A stretch of 64,000 nt of DNA from NCBI GenBank assembly GCA_905178155.1, contig CAJINV010000002.1, forward strand, positions 10,890,634 to 10,954,633. Direction: 5' to 3'. Origin of the DNA: Amoebophrya sp. A120 (Eukaryota > Protista > Dinoflagellata). Shown piece after piece: positions 12,901-25,213 of this stretch; within the stretch, counting starts at the first letter, position 1; every line of letters begins with the position of its first letter. Below the pieces are notes generated by a model. That model did no database searches and was not told the origin of the DNA. It saw only the letters and a list, made by a program, of their open reading frames with translations. Both the position numbers and the translations under genes were made by a program.

Positions 12901-15900
12901 CAGTAAGCTCAGTTCCTATTACGACGCCGATACCTACTACGATTACGAGGCAGACCAGCACGGCTACGGGGCTGGGACAGGTGCAGGAGGTTGTTCTCTG
13001 GGTGGGCCACAACAAGTGCAGATTGGGACGTTACAGATTTCTTCGTGCAACCACCGTGTGACAAGGTTCATTTACCGAGAGCTGTACGCCAGCGACCACT
13101 TGTTTGCGTTCGTGCGGGATAACGCTCTCATTCATGAGCTGGAATACTGCGACTACGACTGCCTAGCGCGGTTCCTGGATCGACATTTGCGTTTGGCGCC
13201 CAAGAAGTGTCGTGACGTGATGCGAAAAAAGATGAACTACTATGGCCAGACGCACTACGGCGGCTCGTCTGGTGGGAATGCGAGCTCTGCACAATACAAT
13301 TCCCAGCAATACGGAACCAGTACGGCTTCGTGGCATCGGCACTACCAGCAGCACCGCATGAAAAAGATGCTTTTGAGCAATTACAGACAACAACACAATT
13401 ACGTTGCGAATCCGGCAGCTGTTGCGTTGATGGACCAAGCTGGTTCGTGTAGCGCGCAGCAGCCTTGGGCGCTTGGTGTTGACCAGATGAGTTGCTCTTA
13501 CGTCGGGCAGCCGACGCTAAACGCAGTAGAGTTGCTCGGTATCCAGCAGCATCAGCATCAGCTTGCGGCCGCAGCAGGAGCTGCTCCGGACGAAATCGCG
13601 TTGCAGATGAAAAATCAGCAAGTGGCGAGTCCTTCGGCAGCACAGATGCAGGTTTTGGCATTGCAATCTGCTTCACCTGGTACCATTGCGGTACTGCAGC
13701 AGCAAAACAGCACGGCTTCGCTGGATAGTTCCTCGTTGTCTTGTTCCGCGATGCTGGCCAATCTGTCACAGCCGAGTTACTCCTTTATGACCCAGGGAAG
13801 CTCATTTCCGTTGGAAGGGCAGACCGGGGAACAAGTGCACGTGGCGGGCATTGTTGCGGCAATAGAAGGAGAATCTCAAGAAGTTGACACGGAAAAACAA
13901 GTTAGCGAGCCCATCTTGCTCGAAACCCCCACGGAGCAAGGAACTGATCTTGTTTCGGATCATTCGCTCGCGGCGAAAAATCTATTGAGTAATTCGTCCC
14001 CGCCACAGGACGAAAGCCAAGCAACTGAACCGGAGCAGGAACTGTTAGATGGAATAACAACTACGGCAGGTGCTGCACTCGCACTGGCACTGAAAACGCC
14101 GACAGATCCGGCGGAGCTTGAGCCTATTGCTCCATTCAAGCGGTGTCCCACGGCAGCTGTCGATCACGAAGAAATTTGCACAGTAGAAGATGCTCTTCGA
14201 CACGACGGCTTTCCGGACGAGGAAGAAGCAGTTGGAATGCCAAATACAACTACTGAACTCAATACGCAAGAATACGAACACGAAAGTGTAGGGGAGAAAA
14301 ATCTTGTCGTCTCCGAAGGTTCCGGGTCCGAAATTTTGGCTGATGTTCTGGAAACAGCAGAGGCCTTAGTGAACGAGGACGAGCCCACAGTTTGTTGCAC
14401 AGCCGAGAACGGTCGCGAAGAACTTCGACTGGAGAAACAAAGTCGCTCAGAACAAGAGCAGGACTTGCTTGCGTCGCTGCCTGACGATGTCGACGAACGG
14501 GAACATGTTGGGGAACATTGGGTAAACCAGAATGAGAATTATACGACTGCAGATTTTTACTATCGCCCACCAGCGTCGTGCTCGGGCGAGTCGGCGAACG
14601 ATGAAGAGGAATGTTGCGACACGCGGACGTACGGATAGTTTTTTTTTGATTCTGGGCCAACGGCTTTTTGTCGGGCGAAACATAAAACGAAAGTATAATT
14701 GATTTAGCACAAGAACAAGCGCAAGGAAATTCTTTCAGTTCATTTCCGATTCACTTGTCTTACTTCAACTGCACTAGGTTCGAAGAGGTCCTGATTTCTA
14801 GTGCCGAGGACAATCGCGAGGACGGCAATACTGCCCCACCTGTTTCTGGCGATCGCCTCCTTAACCCCGGCGATGCGTTGTGCGACAGTAATGAAGAGCC
14901 GCTCACCTTCCTGCAGGAGCAGTACGGGCGGAGTGCGGTGGCGATGGATATTTCGCCATTAGTCGAGCTGGCGAAGTCCTGCAGCATCAACTCCAATTCG
15001 TTTCATTTGGATCAGACGGACCGCAACGCGCTCAGCGTGCGGTCGTCTTGTCGCAGCCGCGGCAGAAGCTCGCCACTTGCGGTCGGTCAGCCGGAGTTGG
15101 TGTCTTATGGAGCTGCAGTAGCCGGAGCCGGACACAACACCAACAGTACCCCAACAGCTTTATTTGCGGGGCTCGGAACTGCAGGTTCGGGACTGCCGAT
15201 GAATTTGCAGCCGATTCTTGTCCAACATTCGAACCGGCGGCCTTCGCTGCTCCGCAACACTTCGGCCGGCGGAACCTCCTCGCACGCCACGCCAACCACT
15301 ACGCCTACCACGATGGAAGACGTCAAGCACACGCTGGCCGCTGTGGTGCCCGAGCTGAAGGCGGAGCAAGACTTGAATGTGGCGCTGTGCGTCAACGACA
15401 AAATTGTGTACCACCGCAACACCGCAGAGGATCTGCTGCAGCGCTTTGACGAGGCGAGCTCCGGTGACGAACTGGGCCACGAACAGAAAAAGATGCGAGA
15501 CCTTCGGTTGGCAGCGGGATTCTTGAGCACTGGAAGCAACAGGAGTGCATCAAGTAGGGGAACGGCATCGGCGCGTGCACGATCGGCATCTAACAGCAGA
15601 GAAAATAAAACTGGTGACGGGACGAGCGAGTGGCAGCGTCGGAGTGGGGACATTACAGCAACTGACAAAAAAGAAATAAAGCGGAAGGACGAGGAGGATG
15701 CGTCCAGTGAAGATCTCCGCAAGATCAGCCTCGGTAGCGGGCCGAGCAGTGGGCACAACGCTTCCTTTTCTTTGATTGTCGAGGAGGTGCTCCCGTCCTG
15801 CAGCATCTCCAATTATGCCCTCACGCCGAAGGCTAGAACCCTGGTTGGGGAAATAGATACGGCGAAAGGACCACACGGCGAGGAGAGAACCTGCAGCAAA

Positions 15901-18900
15901 GAAGATGACCAGTCGGGCAGCAGGGCCTCAGCTAACGACGAGGAAAATAAAACCAAGAATGACAATGTTGACAGCGAGCACCAGAACTCGGTAACCCCAG
16001 GACCGCCGATGCTCCTCGCATTGAAAATGCGACAAATGCGCAAGGACGTTGAGGAACCAGACGTAGCGGAGCGGCAAGGCTTAGCTGCAGCTGGTAGAGT
16101 CGTGCCTATTGTTCAAGAACCCAATCCGTCGTGCGGTGATGAAGCAAACGAAGAAGTCCTCGGAGCCGCTAGACAGGAAGCCGCTGCTCTGAACGACAGA
16201 TGTGAAGATGAAAATGACTGCTCTGCTACTCACGAACACGATGGTCATAATCATCCCGCTCCAACAGAAGTCCCAGTTCGTTCGACTCCACCCGATTGTT
16301 TCCATTTTGGCTCACTCGCGCAAAACAGCAGTGGGGAGTTCGAAATTTCTCCTGCAGCTACACCCAGTGTCGGGGAGCGCTGGCGCAAAGAAAACTCGAT
16401 GCTACGCACCGAGGCGCGAAAGTCCCTGCAGCAGCTGCGGCGGTCGTCGTTGAGCTTGAAAGGGAGAACTACTGGGGCTTCACTTTCGCAGCAGCAGGAC
16501 ACGACAGGGAAGAAAAATTCATGCGGATTTGAAGACTATGATCCTCCAGCCGGGACTGCGACCAGGGAAGAGGAACAACTTGGGCCTGCTTCATTGAGAA
16601 AGCCCACCACCGGAAATGCAATACCATTAGCAGGAGCGGAAGACGAAATGAACGAAGCGAAGAACAACTATCATGAAGATGCAGACTCGTACGTTATGAC
16701 CAAGATTCGGAGCCGGGCTGGGACGGGCATCTCCGCTGAAGTGCTTGTCGATCACCACATCTATGGTTTCCCAGTGTCTTCTTTGTCAACAGAAGATGAT
16801 AGGCTTCGTCCTCCAACAAAAAGGGACCTCCCTGCGCAAGAATCACTGCCCCAATCGACGCACGAACAGCAAACGAGACCCAGCGCGTGGTCATTCTCTT
16901 CGGCGCCGCAGACGCCACGGAAAAGCACCAGGGCCGATATCTTCACGACCGCGACCGGTCAAAAGAACTACAAAAGCGCGGAGCATGAAAAAATCATGGA
17001 TGATCTTTGCCACGCCCCGAAGCCGAACGACTCCGACCGCTTGTTCCGCTCGGAGACGGAGCAGACCTGCAGTCTGACCAGGGAGGACCGAACGAGGATC
17101 TCGACGAGGGGATACACGGATGATTTCGGCGCGGGCGCGGGGGTGATGAATTACGCAGGTGGTTTAAACAACCAAGCGTCGGGGGTCGCGACGTCTTCAA
17201 GCAGGCTATACCACTTCACAGACGAGGAGACGGGAGTCAACGAGCAGGAGCTCGCGTCGCCGCAACTCTCCGTGTTCGCTGACGGTTGGGGCGCGCCAGA
17301 AGCCACGGTGCTCGCCGAGAGCCAAGCGCCGGGGGAGAAAGAAGACGGTGTGGTCGTTGGGGGTGGAAATTGTTGCTGGCAGATGACATCAAACAAGGAG
17401 GCCGGAGCCAGCTCGTCGAGAACTGGAGCGATGGATTTGTTTGGTAGCGACTTCGTCCTCGAGCAGGAAAAATTATTGCCGGACCTGGGCGTGGACCTCG
17501 AAGTTGCGAATAGTGGGCGCGGTGACGAGGGTGTCGTCGGAGAGGCAGCCAGGCCTTCACCCATGCAGCAGCAGGTCGTGGAGCCTTGTGATGTCAACTT
17601 GTCTGTCGACGTCGCACAAGAACAGGGAAGCAAGGACGAGAAATACACGACACTAGGACCATCCACTTGGTACGAACAGGATGATATTAACACCGAGGAG
17701 TTAGTTGAGAACAACCGGAAGAACCACGAGACGCTCGTAAAACAGGGCGCCGTGCCGCCGCGCTCCGATGGCGCGATGACAGCGAACAACCAGGTCGACA
17801 CGAGCGTGGACGAGGAGCACGCGTCGCGCACGACGGCCAGCGACACCGGGGCCGGCTTGCCCGAAGACGTATCCCTGGAGGAGGGCGGCAACAGCACCAG
17901 GAAAAACAACCAAAGTGGCTCCTGTACGACAACGAGCCGGTCTATCCCCTGAAAATTAACCACTCCCATCCACTTTTTGGTATGACAAACACAGAATCAA
18001 TTTGATACATCCTCATCCATGTTTTGCATGACAGACTGGATGTGGGTGGGTGTTTTTTCCTGGATAAGGTCCAGCAGCGCCGCGACGGTGTCGACGACGA
18101 GGCGCTCGCCGGCGTGGCTGTCGGAATTCCACCAGCAAACGGCCATGGACGACGAGGAAGAAGAGGAAGTTGTTGTGGACGCCAGCAACATTCACATGCT
18201 CGCCGGTGGCACGGTTTCTTCTAAAGCTTCAGCCAGGGTAGTTGGTGGTCTGCACAAGACGGCTTCCTGTTCCCTACTGACTGCAGGGAGTTCATCATCC
18301 TCAGCGCGCAGCAGTAGCGGAACTACGCTCATGAATAAGGCAGGTGCTGCGTCGGCGATGAGCTCTAGTACCTCTCTTGCGCAGAAGTTTTTCTCGACGA
18401 GAAGCTACGGCAGTGACGGTGCTCTAGCCTGCCCAGAGGACGACGACCGGCCGGTTGGAGCAGCTGCCGCGTTTGCGGCGACTAGTACAACCTTTGCTAG
18501 TTCCACTACTGCCGGAGAACAGCAGCACGTGACTACACAGGGGACACAGACCGCAGAATTGTATCCAGCACAACCGGTCGTGGTCGCAGCCCCCGCCCCG
18601 CCGCCCCCACCGGTGCTGGACGTGGTGTCACGGCTCTTGGAGAACGACAAGAGCTTGTTTGACCTGATGACTGTCGCCATGAAAGACCTGAGCGCGAAGG
18701 ACGGGCTGGAGTGGGGCTCGTATGACGTCGATCCGTTAGACGAACTGGTAATACTAGATGAGGGGGACGACGACGAGAGAGGAACAAAAACAATGCAGAG
18801 CCCGGGAATCTTCAATTTGACAGTTAGGAGCGAAAGGCCAGCGGCTCCGCCTCGTCCAAGCGATGCAGATGCAGAGCGACGGGAAAGAACCCCACCGATT

Positions 18901-21900
18901 GTCGTAGCGGAGGATGCTGGTGCGCCGGCAAGCACCGACGTCGAGCCTCTCGACAGCACTGGAGGCCATCCAAAAGAATCTTCGTCTGCAGACGACAACG
19001 GCACGGAATCTGGAGGCTTCAACGAGGACGGCTCGATGCTGAGAAACGCTAACGGATGCCGCGACTTGGAGTGCAAAGGCGATGAGGTAGTTCCGGTGCA
19101 AGATAAAATCGTTCCAAATTCTTGTAACGACCAACAGGCGGTGGAAAAGGTTTCGGATACCGTGAAACAAACGGTTTTGCGTCTGCGGACACTCATGCCC
19201 GAGGAGGAGGAGGAATCGGAGGCGTCGTTTTGGTATTGGAAGGGGATCGACGACTTGCGCCGCGCGTTTTGTGACCTGATTGACCAGCGAAAGGCCGCAC
19301 TGGTGAAGAGTCGCACCAATCGACAAGCGGAGTCGGTGGAAATTGGCAAACATAGTACAGCTCCTGCTGCCATGGAGACGAATGTCAATTCTGCCGCTGC
19401 TGGTATGATTCTGTGGCATTTTATATTTCGACGTTTTGTTCGCTTCTCTCACTGTAGTTCTAGATTCAACATGAAAGTTTTATCGTTCGAAGAGGTTGGA
19501 TGCTCATGCTCTTTACAACTTTCGGTTTCGCGCTGGAACGTTGTAAGTACTTACAAACATTCTTTCTAGGTGTCGTCCCGCAGCTTCGCACTGCTGGGAC
19601 CGATAGCGGCACGTCGAGCAGCAAACCAGTACACCAGACGCAAGGAGCGGCCGTGGTCGATTCAGGACCTGCAGACGCGCGTCAAGGCAATCGCTCGCAC
19701 GGGTCGATGAGTGCGGCTTCTTCAACATCCGCGCAGTGGGGAAATTCGTCCGCCGTCTCGCGTGCAGGAGATGTCAATAGCGGTTCTTACTGGGCGTGCC
19801 CACGTGGCATCGGAGGGTATGGTTCGTATTGGGGAGGCCCAGCGGGCCCGTGGGGTGCTGCGCCGGGAGCCGGGTGGGGCGGGGACCCGTCTTGTTGGGA
19901 TCATCTGCACGGGGCGCACTACTGGAACAACGCTCGTCCTCGTAACACTCCGGGCGGCAATCCTGCTGCCGAGCAGGGTGGTTCTCACAGTAACAGGCCG
20001 ATAGGGGCGGATAATGTTTCGCAGCAAGGTGCCGCAGCGCCGTCCTCGGCAACTTTGCAGCCGGACCAGCAGCGCTCGCAGGCAGACTACGCCGAGCAGA
20101 ATGGAGCAGAGGGACAAGCGCAGCTCTCTTCCGCCGAGCAGCGAGAAGATGTTGGCAGACCCCATCTACTTGCTGAAAACGAAGAATACAAGATCGCCCT
20201 CGAAGTCAATGCAGAGGGCGGGGGCACGAGTGCGGGAGTTGCAAATCAGGGCGCGAACAAACCTCCTTTGCGCAAAACGGGAGCGTCCGACTTTGAAAGC
20301 CTGGCGCATGAACACGCGCAGCCGGGTCGTGCGGGCATAACTCCAGATGAAGAGGGCTGCGAAGCAGATGCTCATGATTGCGAGCTGGTATCAGCCACCG
20401 GTGGAGCCACCTCACGTAACGATCCGTTGAGCAGCAACAAAATGAGCATGAGTTTGAACTCGAGTCCAGGCCTGAGCCACATATCGCACCTGACATCGAG
20501 CCCGGACAGGTTCGACCCACGGCACGGCGGAGACAACTCGTCTTTAGACATCAGTTCGGCCCTGGAGTCCAGCAGTACGGACCAGAACAAGCTCGGCATC
20601 AAAAAAGTGCACTTCGCGATCGAAGATGAGGAGCTGCATGTGGGTGTCGGCGTACCTTCTTCACAAAAGCAGGTCGAGAGAGAAAGTTGTGACAACGGGC
20701 ATCCAGTAGAACAGGCCGCCTCCCATTTGTGCGGCACGGCGTTTGGGGAGACGCATCACGTTCGGCATGATGGGGACCATGATCAGGGGCCGGGTTCTAC
20801 TACCAGAAGCTCGGCGCCCGCCCAGGGCCAGGACCGCAACCCAGCTGAAGTCACGGAGCCGCCTGCAGCAAAAGAGAACTCTGGATCCGCAATTTCGTCT
20901 TTGTCGCAAATCGGGTCGGAAGGACTGTGTGTGTCCTCTGACACATTTCTGTCTCTCTCAGACTCGAGTCGTGGTGCTTCGTCCAGGACGCAAATCGACT
21001 TGGGGACGAGCAGGTCTTGCGCCGACGCAGATTTTTCCGGAGGTCCTCTAGGGAACACAGGAGAGTCCACCACCCTGAATGCGTGTGGCGTTCCACCTAT
21101 AAAAAAAGGCATCCTGAAGCCCCCCTCGCCGTGCTCGGACGAAGCGCGCGCCAGCAATGCGGGCGACGATGCGGAGCAGATTTCAGCAGAATCTTCAGCG
21201 GGAAGCGCCGCAGAGAACAGTGCACCAGCAGCAGAGCAACAGCGGCAGTCGTCGATTGAGGCTCCTGTGGGGGAGTTGGGAAACAGTGCACCGACGGAGC
21301 AGGCAGCGCAGCAGCAAGAAACCTCTACTACTGCCGCAAGCCAAAGCCAGTACGGGCAGCGCAACGGCGGCAAGGGAAACAGTTACGGTTACGGTCCCGG
21401 CGGGTCCTGGTATGGATATAACGGCCAAAGCGGCGGAAAAATGGGCTCGTACGGAGGTGGGGGTGGCGGCTACTATCACCATGCAGGGAGCGGTCCGCAC
21501 TACCCGCATCACTATGATCACTACCACGGAGGCCCGGGTTGGTTCTACGGTGGGATGCAAGCTGGGTATCACCATCCGCAGCACTTTCCCCACGGTGGGA
21601 AGATGGGGTATGGAGCGCCTTACCACGGCTATGGCTACCAGCAGCAACATCGGTCCTACAAGGGATATGGAGCTGGTGTCCCACCGGGGGGTAACGGGGG
21701 CGCGGGCCGGGGTCAATACGACCAGCACGGAGGGATGGGGTCGTACGGGAAGCCCGAACATCATGCAGCGCAGGAGCAGGCCGAGGGGGAGGGCGCACGC
21801 GAAGGAGGTCCGATTTCTGCGGTCGTGCATGATGAGAGTGACGCTGCTCCTGACGGAGGAGCCAACGTTTGCGTTAGTGGGGATCAACAGGATGCGTCAC

Positions 21901-21998
21901 GACATGCGGCTTCAGCAACACAGGCAAAGCTCAATCTGGCTACTGTCCCAGAACAGGAAAAAAACGAGAATATAGCTACAAAGGAGCAGACCGCATAG
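6948..21998 (+). CDS. Giant (~4,720 aa) mostly low-complexity protein with N-terminal PAM2-like motifs, an FtsJ/RrmJ-like SAM-dependent methyltransferase domain and an RRM-like domain; exons 6948-7414, 7565-12521, 12809-14628, 14778-17939, 18069-19402, 19570-21998
   Basis: PAM2-like WNFHAQPFVP and WNLEAPSWEP. Methyltransferase motifs FLDLGCAPGGF, ICDAQYLR, LKQNGILVFRF and SSFYVCC lie at ~8480-9130. RRM-like LKELLSTYARVVDVAIVRDCAVVRFSSRKMA follows. Five GT-AG introns join the six ORFs in matching phase (14,169 nt in total). The single-gene model is inferred. Confidence 0.7.
12523..12807. mobile_element. Introner/MITE-like element (285 bp) with terminal inverted repeats and 5-bp target-site duplication GGATG, forming intron 12522-12808
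   Basis: Left TIR TATCCTGTGTAAAAACGTCC and right TIR GGACGTTTTTACATATGATA are complementary at 18/20 positions. GGATG lies at 12518-12522 and 12808-12812. Confidence 0.8.
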
Positions 21999-22637
21999 CA
22001 ATTCTGGGGAGAGTGATGCGTATTTCAGAACGAAATTGGAACTTCTCACATTTGACCGAACTGCTTCTTTTTGGAATTGGAAGTGCAGGTCTACATCATT
22101 CTGAGAATACAACACGAACACTGTATTTGTAGTTTGAATACTGATGATTCCTCCCGACCGTTCATCATCATCACGGGCGACAGAATTCTCAACTGATATT
22201 TGCCTGCCAAATGACACTAAGTACACAGAATTACGAAGAAATACTGAGTCGATGACCACGAAGACGCGGACCACACGTTGCTTTCCGCCGTCCTTCAATG
22301 TCCGACTTGGCACTTTGCTGCCCTCCGCAAAATGTTTTCGTTGAAAATGCCAGAAGCACGACGAAATTCAAATTAATGTGAGTCGGTGCATTGATTCCTT
22401 GTCCTCCTCGGTGTCTCCCCTCGGTTAATCACAGTGTCGGTAAGAGCAGCATCTGTACACGGGCAACCGAACAAGACGGACAAATTTATCTATCTATCAC
22501 TGCTAGGCCTGAGCCTGTTATGGAAGCAGTACATTCTGACTACCTTTTCGTTTTGGTGTACATGTACTACTCATGTGCAGTTATCCCCGCGTTCCTTCAA
22601 TAACATAGCCCCGGCTGATGTATTTGATACTGCCAAA

Positions 22638-24602
22638 ATGCTTGATGTAAATACCAGTACGTTGACAACGCAAATACTAACCTCAGATGAAGTACTTCTT
22701 CCATGGTCGTCTGAACTCAAGAGCAAACGCAGTACGATTTCGCAAAAACTCAAATTTGGTGCTACAAACATAAACAACGACAAGAGCGCTGCCTTTCCCC
22801 GATCCGCGCTGGAAAATGCATCTGAAGGGGACGAAGCTGACGCGACCGTGGCCAGTTCTCCGCCACCGTCATCTCGTCCGGTGGCTGCGGTTTGCCTGGA
22901 GAAGAGTCACGGTAGTACAACAAGAAGCACAGATGTAGTGACACCTAGGCATTTGCTTTTGCCATCGGTAGCAACGACCGGGAAACGTAAAAAGCATGAA
23001 TACGAGCGCCGCAAGGGCTTCGTGCACGTGTGCGGTGGATCTGCGGCTGGGAAGTCGACGCGGATGCGTTTTCTCGTGGATTTCCTGGAGCGTCCGGAGC
23101 TGGTAGAGCACGCGACGGGAGGGCGCTTTACGGTCAGCAGCGCCAAGAAAGTTCACATCGAGCTTCCACAGGATGTTGATCCGATTCCCGTCATCAAGAA
23201 TGCGGGGGTGCAGCGAGAAAAAAAAAATCCCAACGAGAAGAAAATGGCTTCAAATTGTTCACCAAAGACGATGAAAGTCGCTGGATCTAAGAGCAAGATG
23301 AAGCAAAAGCAAATGCGTGTGGGTGCATCAAAAATATCACCAGGACATCAGACTACCAAGGCGGTGAAGGTGGAAGGGCCGAAAAGTACAAGAAAAAACG
23401 TACGAAAGGCAGGCTCGTTCAAGATGAAGACTGTGAAAAGTACTTCGTCGCTGACCAGTGGGGGCGAGTGTACACCGAAGGGGTCGGTGGCTGGATTGTC
23501 TTCCCGAGGGTCTCCGACGGTGGATCATATCGTCTGTGGTGCGGACAGGAAGTCCCGCCCGACATCGAAGAAAATAAGAGGCAAAGACACAGTCATACTC
23601 GGACGTAGTACGACTTCGACTGGGCCCTCGACTAAAAGAACTGCATCGAAAGTGTCTTCTATGATGAAAAAAGGGAAACGTACTGCCAAGAGCGAGATGA
23701 AATCCAAGCAGAAGATGGCTACGAAGCATGCGTCTTCTGGTGCCGCGGGTTCGTTGACCTCGCCCGCTCCAGAGAAATTGAGGAAAAAGAAGTCTCCGCT
23801 TGTGCATGCTCCCGCCTCGATCTACACGCTCGAACTGACTCAAGACGGCGGAAGTGTTTTGGGGTTTGGACCCGGCCCTGTGAAGGAGGGTGGAGGTTCC
23901 ACGCGTCCGGTGAGCAGCAAGCTAAGGGTCGCTATCGTCGGACAGAAGCAGCAGAACTTTTTCACAAAAAAAGATACTTGGACTAGCTTCGACAAGATAG
24001 CCCGCAAAAAAGATCAACTTTTTGTGGTAAGAAGCCTACTTCTATCTGAGACGTACGACTGTGATTTCATTTTCTACGAAGGGATGTTTGGGCTAATGAG
24101 CACGAACTCCTGGTGGTCGCCGGCTCCCCTGAGAGAAAGTTTATTTGTTGACGAGCCCAAAGAGAAACACAAGGACAAGCGCAAGCGCGGTGGAAGCTAC
24201 AACAGCTGCCGAAGTGCATGTCACGCGGAGAGTGGGTCGAGCGTTCCTCTTGAGTTCCACTACATTGTCAGCTTTTTCGACAATCCAGAACAGCAAGCGG
24301 CTCGGTTAACCGAGCGCACGCTCAAGCCGCGGAAGATTACGGAAGAAAATCTTCTCTGGGGCATGAACGAGGACGCGCGGAAGTTTGAGACGAAGCTGCA
24401 ACAGGTTGTAAATGAAAGCGAGCATGTAGTAAAAGCAAGCAACGACCACGAGCACGCCGAAAACAGCAGCTCCTTCGAAAATGTCGTTTTCGTAACTCGC
24501 ATCAAGCCATTGGAAGCAGATAAAGAATTTTTGGTAGACTACTTGTGCGAAAATATTTTGAAGACCACTAGAAATAGAGACCTCAAAAGCGTTCCGGGAT
24601 AG
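22638..24602 (+). CDS. Intronless P-loop kinase resembling phage 5-hydroxymethyluracil DNA kinase (5-HMUDK), with a large Lys/Ser/Thr-rich insertion
   Basis: Walker A VHVCGGSAAGKSTR at 23022-23063. Later blocks are LRVAIVGQ...WTSFDKI (~23979), FIFYEG...WWSP, FHYIVSFFDNPEQQAARLTERT and LWGMNE. The probable start is ATG 22638 in AAAATG context. The P-loop is clear; the family assignment rests on recalled motif similarity. Confidence 0.7.
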   Translation: MLDVNTSTLTTQILTSDEVLLPWSSELKSKRSTISQKLKFGATNINNDKSAAFPRSALENASEGDEADATVASSPPPSSRPVAAVCLEKSHGSTTRSTDVVTPRHLLLPSVATTGKRKKHEYERRKGFVHVCGGSAAGKSTRMRFLVDFLERPELVEHATGGRFTVSSAKKVHIELPQDVDPIPVIKNAGVQREKKNPNEKKMASNCSPKTMKVAGSKSKMKQKQMRVGASKISPGHQTTKAVKVEGPKSTRKNVRKAGSFKMKTVKSTSSLTSGGECTPKGSVAGLSSRGSPTVDHIVCGADRKSRPTSKKIRGKDTVILGRSTTSTGPSTKRTASKVSSMMKKGKRTAKSEMKSKQKMATKHASSGAAGSLTSPAPEKLRKKKSPLVHAPASIYTLELTQDGGSVLGFGPGPVKEGGGSTRPVSSKLRVAIVGQKQQNFFTKKDTWTSFDKIARKKDQLFVVRSLLLSETYDCDFIFYEGMFGLMSTNSWWSPAPLRESLFVDEPKEKHKDKRKRGGSYNSCRSACHAESGSSVPLEFHYIVSFFDNPEQQAARLTERTLKPRKITEENLLWGMNEDARKFETKLQQVVNESEHVVKASNDHEHAENSSSFENVVFVTRIKPLEADKEFLVDYLCENILKTTRNRDLKSVPG

Positions 24603-25213
24603 CAAGATCTCCTGTCTCTTCGACTGATTTGAAATTTCCGAAGTTTTACAAGGGCACAGCATTTCATCTACCACCGAGAAAGTCAGAGGAAAATCCGTTG
24701 CATGTACGAGTGTTCATTGCAATTGAGAAGCGCGAGTGTCTGGTGCAACACAGTCGCATTAGTACAGCAAGAAATCAGGAAGATTTTGATTCAACAAAGG
24801 GATACTCTTGTTCTTCTGCTTCTGTTTGGCACGCAAAAGAACGCCATACTATTGTTGGGGATCGATCATAAAGAAGAACAGGATCAGCGTTTACCATGTT
24901 GAGATGGCAGACGTGATAGCAAACTGAGCAAATTTCTACGGTGGATTGCTAAGTACCTTTTTTGCCCAGGACCCCATTAATTTATGACGTTTCCTTTTTC
25001 TTGTGAAGCATAATGATAATCAAGTCGACGTCTCGACCTCCTCCCCCGATTTCTGCCTGAGAGTCCGCTGCTTCAGCGTAGAAATGTGTCTACAACAGCA
25101 GTCAAGTAGAAAGAGTAGGCATAGTGTCAACATTTTTTGTTGAAGGCCAAAATAAATTTATAAAAACCAACGGTGAAAGCTGCTCCTGCGTATTTCCGTT
25201 TATCATGTTTGAC

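Noticed and set aside
16302-16314. CCATTTTGGCTCA, a 13-nt match to the dinoflagellate spliced-leader core
   Set aside because: It lies mid-exon (FHFGS), lacks the terminal AG and the upstream CCGTAG, and is not near a gene start, so it is probably chance.
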